Positions 8,421 through 21,444 of a DNA stretch of 32,000 nucleotides are shown piece by piece (positions within the stretch are counted from its first letter, which is position 1; each line of letters starts with the position of its first letter). Location: contig JBMYVL010000001.1 in assembly GCA_049606355.1 (NCBI GenBank), positions 226,871 to 258,870 of the forward strand. Direction: 5' to 3'. The position numbers were made by a program, and so were the translations under genes. The notes beneath the pieces were generated by a model that worked only from the letters and a program-made list of their open reading frames with translations, made no database searches and was not told where the DNA came from. This DNA is from Opitutales bacterium. GTDB taxonomy: Bacteria; Verrucomicrobiota; Verrucomicrobiia; Opitutales; Coraliomargaritaceae.

Positions 8421-9197
8421 TTAGCACCATTGGCGCAGCGCCTCCAAGAACGCCGCTCGACCCTCGACGTGTACATTATGGCCCGCGTTCGGAATCGTGA
8501 CTGCGTCCAATTTGGGGAAGCTGACGCGCATCGCTTGCGCATCTCCATCTACGATGAAGTCGGAGGTGCCCCCGCGCAGGAGCAGAGTCGGTCCTGCATA
8601 GCGCTGTCCTGGCTGCAAGGAGTTCTGGCGAATGTGCGGTAGGCTGGCGTGGAGGCCTTGTAAATTCATCTGCCAGCGAAAGCCCCCCGTCGCCTCATCC
8701 CGTACTAAATTCGTCAACAAAAACTGGCGCATCGCCCAGTTTGGCACCTGCGGCTCGAGTAATTGCTCGGCCTCCTTGCGACTGGCGAGTTCCGCGACCG
8801 CAATGGATTGCATCGCTCGAAATTCGGCATCGTGATACGGCGGATAGGCTTTGGCGGCAATGTCCACAAGCACCAGGCGCTCGACGAGTTCAGGATACTC
8901 GCAGGCAAAACGCATCGCTATTTTACCGCCGAGACTATGCCCCATGAGGCGCACACTTTCGAGGCGCTGCGCCACCAGATACGCCTTTACATCCGCCACC
9001 AGTTCACTCCAACGCATCGACTCCGCATGCGGGGATTGGCCGTGGTTGCGTAAATCCAGCAAGTGCACCGCGTAGTCTGCTTGGAGCGCCTTGGCAATCG
9101 TCGTCCAGTTGCGCGAGGCACCCAACAAACCGTGCAGCACCACGACGACGGGCGCGCCGGGGTTTTCAAAGCGAAGAGCATGTAGCGGTAGAGCCAT
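8421..9197 (-). CDS. Alpha/beta-fold hydrolase (YbfF-like esterase family)
   Basis: VVVLHGLLGASRNW (oxyanion region) and the nucleophile elbow LMGHSLGGKIAM are present. A C-terminal NAGHNVHVE provides the catalytic His region. Confidence 0.85.
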   Translation of the reverse strand: MALPLHALRFENPGAPVVVVLHGLLGASRNWTTIAKALQADYAVHLLDLRNHGQSPHAESMRWSELVADVKAYLVAQRLESVRLMGHSLGGKIAMRFACEYPELVERLVLVDIAAKAYPPYHDAEFRAMQSIAVAELASRKEAEQLLEPQVPNWAMRQFLLTNLVRDEATGGFRWQMNLQGLHASLPHIRQNSLQPGQRYAGPTLLLRGGTSDFIVDGDAQAMRVSFPKLDAVTIPNAGHNVHVEGRAAFLEALRQWC

Positions 9198-9313
9198 GGC
9201 CTACCAACAGATGCATACCCCGGCCGCCGATTCAATGCCCTGTTTATAAATCTCTGCGCATCAGTATTGATCTGCGAGGATGAATGTCTTGTATCGACCC
9301 TTCTATTCCTCAA

Positions 9314-11881
<2,568 letters not shown>

Positions 11882-11887
11882 GCCAAG

Positions 11888-13093
11888 CTAACACGCTTCG
11901 TTACTCGACTGCCGCAACAGGCCGAGCGTGAAGTACAGCAAGGGCAGCGCCGCCAAAGCGCTGAGGATGAGCCAAAAACTCAGCCAGCTACTCGCAGACT
12001 CCACCCGGACCTGATACAGCCATTCGCACACAAAGGCACCGACGATTGCTGCGAGGTTGAACACCAGCAAACTGTACAGCGCTTGTGCTTGTCCCTGGAG
12101 TGTTTCGGGCACGCGCTTATCGAGGTAGACCCGCCCCGCCACGGTGACAAAGGTATACACCGGACCGTGCAGCGCAATCCCTGCGTAAATAAGCAGCAGC
12201 GTGCCGGTTTCCGCACCGAACCCGAACAAGGCAAAGCGCAGTACCGCCAAGGACATCCCCCAAACCAAAAAACCGCGCATCCGAAAGCGGCCGGCCACCG
12301 CACTCAAAAACAGCATCGCCCCCACCTCGGCCGCCTGCCCAAAGGACATCGCTGCCGCCGGGTGCGTACTCCCGATTTTAGCTAAGAGCGTTGGTGCGAT
12401 CATAAAGTGGGCGACACCGGGAATCGACAGCAAGGCAGACGCAAGGTAGAAGCGCCGCAATTCCGGATCGCGCAACAAGCCGAAAGCTCGTAAGCCCAAG
12501 GCTGCCTGCCAACCGCGGCTGCTTCGATCTTTAGGTGGGGTGGCCGGCAGCGTGAAGCACAACAGACTCATGCACACCCGAAACGCGACTGCCAGTTGGC
12601 CCGCTTGAGCCGAATAATCCAGCGCCAACACGCTCACCAAAATACTGCCAGACAGCCAGCCGATAGTCCCGCACACCGAATACAGCGGGAAACTCTTCTC
12701 CGGATTCGGCAAGTTTGCCAATTTAACCTTCGTGATCAGCGGTATCATTGGCGCCGAAATCAAGTTGCCGAGACACTGAAACATCAGGAACCAGCTCGGA
12801 TGCCAGCCCCACCGCAGCGAACTGAACGACAGCCAGACAAACACCGCACCAGTGAGCCCCAAGCTGCCCAGCAAGCGCCCCGCATCCAGCTTACGATCCG
12901 ATAGCGCGCTGAATAACAGCGCCGAAAAAATCCCAATACACGGCGTGAGCGCATAAAAATAGGGGAGCACCCAGCGCGCCTCGTAGCTTGCCAAAATATT
13001 GGGCAAGGAGGGCAACCACATCCCGGGCGGCAAAAGCATCAAAAACATAACGACGCCCATCATGTAGTGACGTTTGACTCCTCCAGCTCGCAT
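11888..13093 (-). CDS. MFS transporter of the nucleoside:H+ symporter (NupG/XapB-like) family
   Basis: About 12 hydrophobic segments are present. The resemblance to NupG is recalled from memory: FPLYSVCGTIGWLSGSILVS vs FPPIRIWGTIGFIMAMWVVS, LGLRAFGLLRDPELRRF vs LGLDAFALFKNKRM, and LRFALFGFG vs LRFALFAYG. The start is uncertain (ATG 13093 or 13063). Confidence 0.72.
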   Translation of the reverse strand: MRAGGVKRHYMMGVVMFLMLLPPGMWLPSLPNILASYEARWVLPYFYALTPCIGIFSALLFSALSDRKLDAGRLLGSLGLTGAVFVWLSFSSLRWGWHPSWFLMFQCLGNLISAPMIPLITKVKLANLPNPEKSFPLYSVCGTIGWLSGSILVSVLALDYSAQAGQLAVAFRVCMSLLCFTLPATPPKDRSSRGWQAALGLRAFGLLRDPELRRFYLASALLSIPGVAHFMIAPTLLAKIGSTHPAAAMSFGQAAEVGAMLFLSAVAGRFRMRGFLVWGMSLAVLRFALFGFGAETGTLLLIYAGIALHGPVYTFVTVAGRVYLDKRVPETLQGQAQALYSLLVFNLAAIVGAFVCEWLYQVRVESASSWLSFWLILSALAALPLLYFTLGLLRQSSNEAC

Positions 13094-13188
13094 GTAAGCC
13101 GCTAGTTAAGCCGAGTCTGACTAAAAGCAAGGGTCGAAACGCTTTATCTTTGCAATAGTGAACATAATTACACCTTTATATTCTAACC

Positions 13189-14427
13189 ATGGCTTTGCGT
13201 TATTTATTCATCGATTTCGACAGTTTCTATGCCTCCGTTGAGCAACAGTTGCAACCGCAGTTGCGTGGACGGCCGGTCGGGGTGGTGCCATCACTGGGGG
13301 TCGACACCACCAGTTGTATCGCCGCGAGCTACGAGGCCAAGGCGCATGGGGTCAAAACCGGCACGGCGGTACGCGAGGCACGGTACCTGTGCCCGGGGAT
13401 TGTCTTCGTCGAAGCCAAGCACGCGAACTACGTAAACCTACACGCGCGCATCAAGCGCCTTATCCACGAAATTATTTACGTAGAGGCCGTGTTATCGATC
13501 GATGAAATGTATGGCAAACTACCCCCGCACTGGCAGCCGCTGCCCGTCGCAACCGCCAAAGCCCGCGCGATCAAAGCTGCGCTGGCCGAGCGTATCGGCC
13601 CCTATGTGCGCGCCTCGATTGGCCTCGCGCCGAACCGCTTCCTGGCCAAGCTCGCCAGCAAATTAGAAAAGCCAAACGGCTTGACCACACTCGATTTCGA
13701 CGAGCTCCCGGAAAAGCTCTACCGCTTCGAGCTCGGCGATATCACCGGGATTGGCTCAAAGATGCAGCGGCGCCTACAAACCGCGCGCATCACTCACATG
13801 CAGGCGCTCTGCGAAGCGAGCCGACGCAAGCTGCACCGCATCTGGGGCTCAGTCGAAGGCGACCGCATGTGGTTCGCACTCCGCGGCGTCGACCTACCGG
13901 CCGTCAGCACGCAGCGGCGCACCATCGGCCATTCGCATGTTCTGCCGCCACGGTTACGCAGCGAGCGCGGCGCGCAGGCCACCCTGCACCGCATGCTGCA
14001 AAAAGCCTGCCGGCGGCTGCGCGCCATGGCCTACTTCGCCGGCCACTTGCAGGTACAAGTCAAATTCGGCTTCGAGTTGCGCTGGGCCGCAGAAACCCCC
14101 TGCTTCCCCACCCAGGATAGCGTCACCCTCGGCCAACTGCTGAATGCTCTGTGGGCGCAGCACCCGGAACCAGTGCCGGCACCAACTAAAGTCGCCATTA
14201 CCCTCGCCAAGCTCGAGTCACTGGAGTCGCACACGCCTTCGCTCTTTGACGGGCGCGCGACGCAACGTCGAGTCGACTTACAACGAGCGATGGATGCGAT
14301 CAACCAGCGCTACGGCGGGCGCACGCTCTACTATGCGGATGCCATGGAAGCGCAGCGCTGCAGCGATGCGGCACCCCTACGAATCGCATTTAACCACATC
14401 CCCGACCTGGAACTGGAAGGTGATTGA
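13189..14427 (+). CDS. Y-family DNA polymerase (DinB / DNA polymerase IV-like, catalytic residues present)
   Basis: The N-terminal FIDFDSFYASVEQ (catalytic D-x-D motif) and LSIDEMYGKL (catalytic D-E) are present, together with a little-finger-type C-terminal region. At 412 aa it is longer than E. coli DinB. Confidence 0.85.
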   Translation: MALRYLFIDFDSFYASVEQQLQPQLRGRPVGVVPSLGVDTTSCIAASYEAKAHGVKTGTAVREARYLCPGIVFVEAKHANYVNLHARIKRLIHEIIYVEAVLSIDEMYGKLPPHWQPLPVATAKARAIKAALAERIGPYVRASIGLAPNRFLAKLASKLEKPNGLTTLDFDELPEKLYRFELGDITGIGSKMQRRLQTARITHMQALCEASRRKLHRIWGSVEGDRMWFALRGVDLPAVSTQRRTIGHSHVLPPRLRSERGAQATLHRMLQKACRRLRAMAYFAGHLQVQVKFGFELRWAAETPCFPTQDSVTLGQLLNALWAQHPEPVPAPTKVAITLAKLESLESHTPSLFDGRATQRRVDLQRAMDAINQRYGGRTLYYADAMEAQRCSDAAPLRIAFNHIPDLELEGD

Positions 14428-14438
14428 GCCGCGGTGGC

Positions 14439-16988
14439 CTACATCGTATCCAAATCCACCAGGATCTCGCGCGGACTGGAGCCATTTTCCGGACCCACAA
14501 TACCCCGGTCTTCGAGCTCTTCCATGAGTCGCGCGGCTCGATTGTAGCCGATGCGCAGTCGCCGCTGTAGCATCGAGGTCGAAGCACGCTTGGTCGAGCG
14601 CAAGACGTCGATTGCTTGTGGCAGTAATTCATCTCCGTCGGTCTCGCCGGTGCCAGCCGTCGGGCCGCCATCATCGCCACCCGCATCGATTTGCTGCTGC
14701 ACCGACTCTGCGAAGACCGGCGGCTCATTGTGCTCCTTCAGATAATCGACGATGCCGTTGATTTCATCATCCGAAACAAACGCGCCTTGAGCACGCACCA
14801 GCGTTGAGGTCCCCGGTGGAATAAAGAGCATATCACCCTTGCCGATCAGTGCCTCGGCGCCGCCACCATCCAGAATCGTGCGACTGTCGACCTTCGAAGC
14901 CACCTTGAAGGAAATACGACTCGGCAAGTTCGCCTTGATCACACCGGTAATGACATTCACCGACGGTCGCTGCGTTGCCAGAATCAGGTGAATCCCGGCC
15001 GCACGGGCCAACTGCGCCAAGCGCGCGATCCCGGTCTCGATATCGGCGGGCGCGACCATCATCAAGTCCGCCAGCTCATCAATCACACAGACAATGTAGG
15101 GCAATTTCTTGCGCGGGATTTCAAAGGCATCGTCGTCGCGCGGCACTTCAATCTGGGTTACCGCAGCACGCTCCTCTGCCGTCATCTCGGCATCCATCGC
15201 CGCGGCTTTTTCTTTTTCTTCCTTGGTCTTGGCGATCTTGGCATTGAAGCCCGCAATGTTGCGCACGTTTTCCGAAGCAAAGATCTGATAGCGGCGCTCC
15301 ATTTCCGCGAGCAACCATTTCAGCGCGCCCGGGACCTTCTTCGGCTCCGTCACCACCGGAATCAGCATGTGCGGCAAGGCATTGTACATCTGCATTTCGA
15401 CCACCTTCGGGTCGACCATAATAAAGCGTAAATCCTCGGGGCCCGAGTGGTACAACAGCGAGGCAATAATCGCATTGATGCACACCGTCTTACCCGAGCC
15501 CGTTGAACCGGCGATGAGCACGTGCGGCATCTTCGTCAAGTCGGTGACCATCGGCTTACCCGTCACATCCTTGCCCAACACAATTGGGATCTCGGCCTTT
15601 GCATCCGCCCAAGCCTTGGACTCGACGATGTCACGCATGCAGACCGCCTGCGCGATTCGGTTCGGCACCTCAATGCCCACGGTGCCCTTGCCCGGGACCG
15701 GGGCCAGGATGCGCACCGACTCCGCTTTCAGGCCGAGCGCAATATTCTTATCCAAATTAACAATTTTCTCGACCCGCACCCCCGGAGCGGGAGTGACCTC
15801 ATAACGCGTGATCACCGGGCCGGTGTGTATTTCGCCGGGATTTACCTTCACGCCAAATTCCTCCAAGGTGCGCACCAAGGCCTCCATCGTGCCGGCGTGG
15901 TCCTGCGGCGACTGATCCGCGACATTGGGAGCCTCTGCCAGCAATTTAATCGGCGGGAAGGTATAATCGCCACGGCGCTCGGGAATACTGGCGACGGCTT
16001 TCTCGGTCTTTTCCTCGGAGACCACCTTGATCATCGAAGGGTCAAATTTGGGCTTCTTCACCTCGGCTTCGACCGGTTCCGGCGTCGGTTCGGGGGTCGC
16101 CACCGCCAACCGCTTCGCCTTGACCGGCTTGGCAGGAGTTTGACGCGCTGCCGTGGCCGCAAGGGGTGCGTCCAACAATGAGGGGCGCTCGCCCGATGGC
16201 AACGCTTCGGCTTCCAATTCGGGTTCAGCCGCAGCCGCTTCTTGGCGAGCGGCCCAGCGCGCCGCTTTGGCCTCTTCCCGCAGGCGCTGCTTTTCCAGCT
16301 TCGCCGCCCGCCGTGCCTCCGCCTTCTGCGCGCGGCGCTCCTTGCGCGCTTCACCGGATTGCTGCCAGTGGCTCCAGAAACTCCGGTATGCCGTGTGCAG
16401 GTAGTCCAAAAAATGCCCGAGGTTGTCGGTAAAGACAATTAAGGAGCCGATGGTAAAGCCCATGAGCAGCACCATGATCGTGCCAAAGTTGCCAATTAAG
16501 GACTGCAGCAGCGGACCCGTCAGATAGTAACCGAGCAAGCCGCCATAGCCCCACTCGGCCAACTGCGCTTCAAAAAGGCTGCCCTCGACCTGAGCGACGC
16601 CCAGCGTCTGCGCCATGGCCAGCAACCCTGCCGCACAAATAATAGAAAGCACTGACATGAGCGCGGTCGCCATGCGCTTTTTCGGGGCCTGCGGCTGCAG
16701 CAAGCGCACGCCAAACCACAGCCAGTAGAGCGGCAGCAGCCAGGTCGCCACGCCGACGCAGAAAAACGCCGCATAGGCAAAATACGCGCCAGAGACCCCA
16801 ACCAAATTGTCCTGCGGCACCGCATTGGTGGTCTTGTAAGCCGATTGGCTGAGGTCAAAGTCCCAAATCGCCACCAAGGATAACACTGCGATGGTGAAGA
16901 GCACCAAGGCCCAAACGGGACGCGCGGGTGCATTGCGTGAGGAAGTCGTTTTTGTACGGGTGGATTTTTTGGGGGAACGTCTCGCCAT
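14439..16988 (-). CDS. ftsK: DNA translocase FtsK/SpoIIIE
   Basis: The protein has N-terminal TM helices and a low-complexity Ala/Glu/Arg linker. The motor domain carries Walker A (LIAGSTGSGKTVCINA) and Walker B (VIDELADLMMVA). The C-terminal gamma winged helix is TSMLQRRLRIGYNRAARLMEELEDRGIVGP. The start is taken at ATG 16988 (MARRSPKKSTR...); the track start at 17126 is probably over-extended. Confidence 0.93.
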   Translation of the reverse strand: MARRSPKKSTRTKTTSSRNAPARPVWALVLFTIAVLSLVAIWDFDLSQSAYKTTNAVPQDNLVGVSGAYFAYAAFFCVGVATWLLPLYWLWFGVRLLQPQAPKKRMATALMSVLSIICAAGLLAMAQTLGVAQVEGSLFEAQLAEWGYGGLLGYYLTGPLLQSLIGNFGTIMVLLMGFTIGSLIVFTDNLGHFLDYLHTAYRSFWSHWQQSGEARKERRAQKAEARRAAKLEKQRLREEAKAARWAARQEAAAAEPELEAEALPSGERPSLLDAPLAATAARQTPAKPVKAKRLAVATPEPTPEPVEAEVKKPKFDPSMIKVVSEEKTEKAVASIPERRGDYTFPPIKLLAEAPNVADQSPQDHAGTMEALVRTLEEFGVKVNPGEIHTGPVITRYEVTPAPGVRVEKIVNLDKNIALGLKAESVRILAPVPGKGTVGIEVPNRIAQAVCMRDIVESKAWADAKAEIPIVLGKDVTGKPMVTDLTKMPHVLIAGSTGSGKTVCINAIIASLLYHSGPEDLRFIMVDPKVVEMQMYNALPHMLIPVVTEPKKVPGALKWLLAEMERRYQIFASENVRNIAGFNAKIAKTKEEKEKAAAMDAEMTAEERAAVTQIEVPRDDDAFEIPRKKLPYIVCVIDELADLMMVAPADIETGIARLAQLARAAGIHLILATQRPSVNVITGVIKANLPSRISFKVASKVDSRTILDGGGAEALIGKGDMLFIPPGTSTLVRAQGAFVSDDEINGIVDYLKEHNEPPVFAESVQQQIDAGGDDGGPTAGTGETDGDELLPQAIDVLRSTKRASTSMLQRRLRIGYNRAARLMEELEDRGIVGPENGSSPREILVDLDTM

Positions 16989-17194
16989 GAATTGTGCGAA
17001 AATACGCCTGGGTCGCAGGAAAACAAGGTTTGATTCGAGCGACTCGCGCGCCGAGCGCCACCCACGCCGGCGTAAAGAATACGAGCACAGGGCAACAGCA
17101 ACCTTGATCTCTGCCGATTTATGCACACACTACCGCGCTCACTTTAAAGTCGACTGCAGGATATGGTGTCCGCGGGCGGCACCCACAATTTACT

Positions 17195-17779
17195 ATGACA
17201 GACAAACAGACAGACTCCACCGAAGACGTTGACGCCAAGGCTGCTACGGACGCGACTGTTGAAGCCGCTGCCGAAACCGCACCTGCTGAAGAAAGTAACG
17301 AGCCCAAGCTCACCGAGCTTGAAAAAGCGCAGGCCGAAGCCGCCGAGATGAAGTCGCGCTACCTGCGCTCGGTCGCAGATATGGAGAATTACCGCAAACG
17401 CATCACGCGCGAGAAGCAGGACATCCTGCGCAGCGCTGCTGCGAATGTAGTCGAATCGTTGCTGCCGGTGTTGGACAATATGAAGCTTGGGCTACAGGCC
17501 GCCGAACAACACCCGGAAGCCAAAGATGTAACGGTTGGCTTTAAAATGGTTGAGGATCAGCTCAAGAAGAGCCTCACCGAACAAGGCCTCGAAGAGCTCA
17601 TCCCGGATGGAGAACCCTTCGACCCCAACTTGCATGAGTGCGTCACGCACCAGCCCTCAGACACGGTCGCAGAAGACACCGTGATTCAGACCGTGCGCGC
17701 GGGCTACCGCCTCAACGAGCGCCTCCTGCGCGCAGCCAACGTCATCGTATCCAGTGGTCCGGCACAAGCCGACGCCTAA
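17195..17779 (+). CDS. grpE: Nucleotide exchange factor GrpE
   Basis: [28 protein letters not shown] and a C-terminal beta domain ([23 protein letters not shown]) are typical of GrpE. Confidence 0.93.
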   Translation: MTDKQTDSTEDVDAKAATDATVEAAAETAPAEESNEPKLTELEKAQAEAAEMKSRYLRSVADMENYRKRITREKQDILRSAAANVVESLLPVLDNMKLGLQAAEQHPEAKDVTVGFKMVEDQLKKSLTEQGLEELIPDGEPFDPNLHECVTHQPSDTVAEDTVIQTVRAGYRLNERLLRAANVIVSSGPAQADA

Positions 17780-17797
17780 CGGACCCCCTCTCGCACT

Positions 17798-18946
17798 ATG
17801 TCCAAATCGGATTATTACGAAACGCTCGGCGTGGCTCGCGATGCCAGCAGCGACGACCTCAAAAAAGCCTACCGCAAACAGGCCGTTAAATACCACCCGG
17901 ATAAAAATCCTGGAGATGCCGTTGCGGAAGCTAAATTCAAGGAAGTGTCGGAAGCTTATGACGTCCTCAAGGATGATGAAAAGCGCGCGGCGTATGATCG
18001 CTATGGGCACGACGCCTTCCAGAGCGGCGGCATGGGGCGTGCCGGCGGCGGGGGCGGTGGTGGATTTCACGACCCCTTCGAGATGTTTCGTGAGGCCTTT
18101 GGTGGCGGGGGCGGCATCTTTGAAGAATTTTTTGGGGGCGGCGGTCGCGGCGGTGCAGCAGCCGGCGGCGCACAGCATGGCTCCGATTTGCGCTATGATT
18201 TAGAAATCACGCTCGAGCAAGCGGCCGAAGGCACCGAGAAAGAGATCCGCTACAAGCGCGCGGTGGCCTGTAAAAAATGCCATGGTTCGGGCGCGGAGCC
18301 CGGTTCCAAGAAAGTCACTTGCCCAACTTGCGGCGGCGCAGGACAGGTCGCCTCCAACCGTGGCTTCATCAGTTATCGGCAAGTCTGCCCCAGTTGTAAT
18401 GGCGCAGGGCAAAGAATTGAACGCCCCTGCAGCAACTGTCGCGGGGAAGGCCGTGAGATGGAGCGCAGCAGCGTGAAAGTACGCATCCCTGCAGGCGTAC
18501 ACACCGGCTCCAAGCTCCGTTCCGCAGGCAAGGGCGAAGCGGGCCACCAGGGGGGCCAATCCGGTGATTTATACATCGTCATCCACGTTAAGGAGCACGA
18601 GCTGTTCGAGCGCCACGACGATGACCTCTTCTGCGAAATACCGATTAAGTTTACCCTCGCCGCACTCGGCGGCGCGATTGATGTGCCCACCCTCTTTGGC
18701 AAAGGTAGCTTAAAGATTCCCGCCGGGACTCAAAGCGGCACCACCTTCCGCCTGCGCGGTCATGGCATGCCCCACCTGCGCGGCAGCGGCAAGGGAGACT
18801 TGCTGGTGCGCGCCCACGTGGAAGTACCGACCAAGCTCAACAGCGAGCAGAAGAAGAAGCTCGAGGATTACGCCGAGGCTTGCGGCGACCCGGCAAACCC
18901 CGTCAGTGAATCCTTTGTCAAGAAAGCGAAGCAGTTCTTCAAGTAG
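17798..18946 (+). CDS. dnaJ: Molecular chaperone DnaJ (type I Hsp40)
   Basis: The J domain carries the HPD motif ([11 protein letters not shown]), followed by a Gly/Phe-rich linker. Four CxxCxGxG zinc-finger repeats are present: [24 protein letters not shown] and CSNCRGEG. Confidence 0.96.
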   Translation: MSKSDYYETLGVARDASSDDLKKAYRKQAVKYHPDKNPGDAVAEAKFKEVSEAYDVLKDDEKRAAYDRYGHDAFQSGGMGRAGGGGGGGFHDPFEMFREAFGGGGGIFEEFFGGGGRGGAAAGGAQHGSDLRYDLEITLEQAAEGTEKEIRYKRAVACKKCHGSGAEPGSKKVTCPTCGGAGQVASNRGFISYRQVCPSCNGAGQRIERPCSNCRGEGREMERSSVKVRIPAGVHTGSKLRSAGKGEAGHQGGQSGDLYIVIHVKEHELFERHDDDLFCEIPIKFTLAALGGAIDVPTLFGKGSLKIPAGTQSGTTFRLRGHGMPHLRGSGKGDLLVRAHVEVPTKLNSEQKKKLEDYAEACGDPANPVSESFVKKAKQFFK

Positions 18947-18970
18947 CGCCGCGTACCTGCTCTCTCATCC

Positions 18971-19555
18971 ATGGCTTACCCTATCGTCATTCTCGGCTCC
19001 GGACGCGGTTCCAATGCGGAAGCGCTGCTCAAAGCCCAGGCGTCTCATAATCTGGGGCGTGCTGAAGTGGCCGCGCTCATCAGCGATGTCGCCGATGCGG
19101 GCATTCTCAACTTTGGCCAAAAGTACGCCGTGCCGGCCATCTATCAAGACCCCGGCCGCACTGGCCCGCGCCTCAGTGCCGAAGCGGACGCTATGTATAT
19201 TGAGCGCATTCGCTCGTTTAGCCCGAAGCTCATTGTTCTCGCAGGGTTCATGCGTATTCTCAGCCCAGCGTTTATCGATGCCTTCGAAGGCAAAATCATC
19301 AACTTGCACCCGAGCCTGCTGCCAAGTTTTAAGGGTGCACACGGCATCCGCGATGCCTACGACTATGGCGTCAAAGTCACGGGTTGCTCCGTGCACTGGG
19401 TGACTCCCGCACTGGATGGCGGTCCAATTCTTGACCAAAAGACGGTGCGTATCGACGCAGCGGATACACTGGAACTACTCGAGAAGAAAGTTCACATCGC
19501 TGAGCATCAGTTACTCCCTTCCGTCGTTGCACGACTCAGCAAGGGCGAGCTGTAG
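18971..19555 (+). CDS. purN: Phosphoribosylglycinamide formyltransferase PurN
   Basis: [31 protein letters not shown] and [17 protein letters not shown] correspond to the folate-binding and catalytic N/H/D region of the PurN family. Confidence 0.9.
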   Translation: MAYPIVILGSGRGSNAEALLKAQASHNLGRAEVAALISDVADAGILNFGQKYAVPAIYQDPGRTGPRLSAEADAMYIERIRSFSPKLIVLAGFMRILSPAFIDAFEGKIINLHPSLLPSFKGAHGIRDAYDYGVKVTGCSVHWVTPALDGGPILDQKTVRIDAADTLELLEKKVHIAEHQLLPSVVARLSKGEL

Positions 19556-19605
19556 ATGCTTGCTCACAGCACCGCCGCAATCACCCACACACCCGCACCT
19601 CTTTC

Positions 19606-20502
19606 ATGTCCTCCCAAATCGAACTGCGTGCCATTGTTCCCTCCGAACTGGCGGATGATTTAGAAGCCTACTTCTTTGAAACCGAAACGGTTTACTGGGG
19701 AATTATGCAAAAAGAACGTGGCGACCCCTACGAAGTGTTTGGCTTCTTCCCGGACGAAGCGACGGCCGCCGCCGAACTGGAGACCTTGCGTGCCGAATTT
19801 GCCGCACTGCCCGAAGACTTTGAGCTCGGCGCGATGGAGGATAGTTTCTGGCAAAATGCATACAAAGAATTCGTTAAACCCTGGAGCGATCGTCAGTTGC
19901 ACTGGATCCCCCTGTGGGAGCGCGACCACGTAGCCGTACCCGATGGGGCTGCAGTTGTTTATTTGGATGCCGGCATGGCCTTCGGCACTGGCGCCCACGA
20001 GACCACGCGCTTGTGCGCGCGGCGCCTCCTGGATTATTTGGAACAGCAGGAAGGCCCGCGCGAAACGCTGCAGATCATCGATGCCGGTTGCGGCTCCGGC
20101 GTGCTGGCGCTCTCTGCGGCAGCGCTCGGCTGCAGTGACATTCTGGGGTTTGATTTCGACCCCGAAGCAATCCGCGTCTGCGGTGAAAATGCTAAGGAAA
20201 ACCCCCATCTCGCAGCACTGCAGTTTGAGGTCGCGGATCTCGAGAACGGGCTGCAGGCGCGGCAAGCCGACCTCTTGTTGGCCAATATCCAAACGGATGT
20301 GCTCATCCCTCATGCCGCGGCGGTGGTGCATGGCGTAAAATCCGGTGGGAGCCTCGCCCTCAGTGGCATTCTTGGCAAGGAGCTCGACCGTGTGCGCCAG
20401 CATTACGCCGAACAGTTTGCGGCCCTGCGACCCCAAGATGCCATCACACTTGACTCGCGCGAAGATGGCGAGTGGGCGGATCTCTTGATTCAATTGAATT
20501 AA
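19606..20502 (+). CDS. prmA: Ribosomal protein L11 methyltransferase PrmA
   Basis: [15 protein letters not shown] and the SAM-binding motif [16 protein letters not shown] are present, followed by the GFDFDPEAI region typical of PrmA. Confidence 0.9.
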   Translation: MSSQIELRAIVPSELADDLEAYFFETETVYWGIMQKERGDPYEVFGFFPDEATAAAELETLRAEFAALPEDFELGAMEDSFWQNAYKEFVKPWSDRQLHWIPLWERDHVAVPDGAAVVYLDAGMAFGTGAHETTRLCARRLLDYLEQQEGPRETLQIIDAGCGSGVLALSAAALGCSDILGFDFDPEAIRVCGENAKENPHLAALQFEVADLENGLQARQADLLLANIQTDVLIPHAAAVVHGVKSGGSLALSGILGKELDRVRQHYAEQFAALRPQDAITLDSREDGEWADLLIQLN

Positions 20503-20574
20503 ATCAGCGACTGTGCCCTGCCGACCGTTTCTTGCTTGCGGTTCGCGGCAAGCCCCACAATTTAAGTGACTGAA

Positions 20575-21408
20575 ATGCAAACTATTGGGGAACGACTGGA
20601 AGACGCGCGCAAGCGCAAGGGCATCTCGCTACGCGAAGCCGCTGAAGCAACAAAGATACGCAGCGATTTCCTCAGTAACATCGAGCAGAACAAATTTGAG
20701 TTCGAACTGCCGGAGATCTACAAGCGCGGCTTTATTAAAAACTACGCGCGCTACCTAAAGCTCGATCCGGAAAAAGTCATCAACGACTACAGTGCGCAAC
20801 TCCTCAGCAAAACGCGCAGCAAAAAAGGCGGCGCTGAATGGTTCGGTAGTATGGACGTCAAAGGTGGCGCTTCGGATGAGTCCGATGTCGATGCCACACC
20901 TTCGTTTGGCAGCATCAAAGCGAAGCCCGGCGCACAGCAAGAATTGAGCGCAGCTCCTGCTGAGACGGGTGACGCGGACGATAAGCTATTTTATCTCAAA
21001 GTCGGGCTGATTTTCGTCGGTACCCTGGCGCTGGTCTTCGTCATTTTTGGTTTAGTGCGGGCGATCATCGGCGGCCCCGGCGAGACGATCGAAGCGCAGG
21101 CGGACCTGTCGACACCCGCTGCGGTGGAAGCACCGGTCGTAAGTGCGGCCCCCGTCGTGAGTGCACGCACCAGCGAATTTAAGCTAACTGCGTACAGCGA
21201 GGTCTTCGTCGCGGCGCGTAATTTGAGTGACCGGCAATTTCTCTACCAAGGCACTTTAAGCGCGGGCGATGAGATCGTGCTACAAAAAGAAGGCCCCGTC
21301 GAAATCGTCTTCACCCGCGCCGATCAAATCGCCATCAGTGCGAACGGAAAAGTTGTTCACTCGCCACAGTCCGGCCTAAGCGGTACCGGCAAGATTGAAC
21401 TCCCTTAG
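20575..21408 (+). CDS. RodZ-like cytoskeleton/morphogenesis protein (N-terminal Xre-type HTH, one TM, C-terminal DUF4115-like domain)
   Basis: The HTH is IGERLEDARKRKGISLREAAEATKIRSDFLSNIEQ. A central TM segment (LKVGLIFVGTLALVFVIFGLV) and a C-terminal beta-rich domain are present. ATG 20575 is preferred over the GTG at 20566. Confidence 0.75.
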   Translation: MQTIGERLEDARKRKGISLREAAEATKIRSDFLSNIEQNKFEFELPEIYKRGFIKNYARYLKLDPEKVINDYSAQLLSKTRSKKGGAEWFGSMDVKGGASDESDVDATPSFGSIKAKPGAQQELSAAPAETGDADDKLFYLKVGLIFVGTLALVFVIFGLVRAIIGGPGETIEAQADLSTPAAVEAPVVSAAPVVSARTSEFKLTAYSEVFVAARNLSDRQFLYQGTLSAGDEIVLQKEGPVEIVFTRADQIAISANGKVVHSPQSGLSGTGKIELP

Positions 21409-21444
21409 TCGACGCCACACGCGCTGCGTCAGGTGCCACGGCAC

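Noticed and set aside
13150-13188. Possible LexA/SOS box and leaderless promoter upstream of the Y-family polymerase (TGCAA-TAGT-GAACA; TATATT ending 7 nt before the ATG)
   Set aside because: Only one half-site (GAACA) matches the TGTTC-N4-GAACA type palindrome I recall for Verrucomicrobia and Gram-positive LexA. The other half matches 2 of 5 positions. No properly spaced -35 element (TTGCAA is 19-21 nt away) supports the -10-like hexamer. This is too weak to call.
16989-17194. Search for a CIRCE (TTAGCACTC-N9-GAGTGCTAA) element or sigma-32-type promoter in the 206-bp ftsK/grpE divergent region, plus the grpE-dnaJ adjacency without dnaK
   Set aside because: No CIRCE-like inverted repeat and no convincing CTTGAA...CCCCAT pattern is present. 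There are only short GC-rich repeats (CGAGCG twice). A grpE-dnaJ pair with dnaK elsewhere occurs in several phyla and is not unusual.
18030-18175. G-rich tract in dnaJ as a possible G-quadruplex or repeat element
   Set aside because: It simply encodes the Gly/Phe-rich linker of DnaJ. It has fewer than four closely spaced runs of three or more G, so no canonical G4 motif is present.
20534-20553. Hairpin GCTTGC-N8-GCAAGC downstream of prmA
   Set aside because: The stem is short and lacks a T-run. The next gene starts about 20 nt later on the same strand, so read-through or co-transcription is at least as likely as termination.
19660-20580. 306-aa minus-strand ORF covering the whole prmA gene
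   Set aside because: It is antisense to a well-supported PrmA frame (GTGAHETT and DAGCGSG motifs). It has no motifs of its own and looks like a GC-rich shadow ORF.
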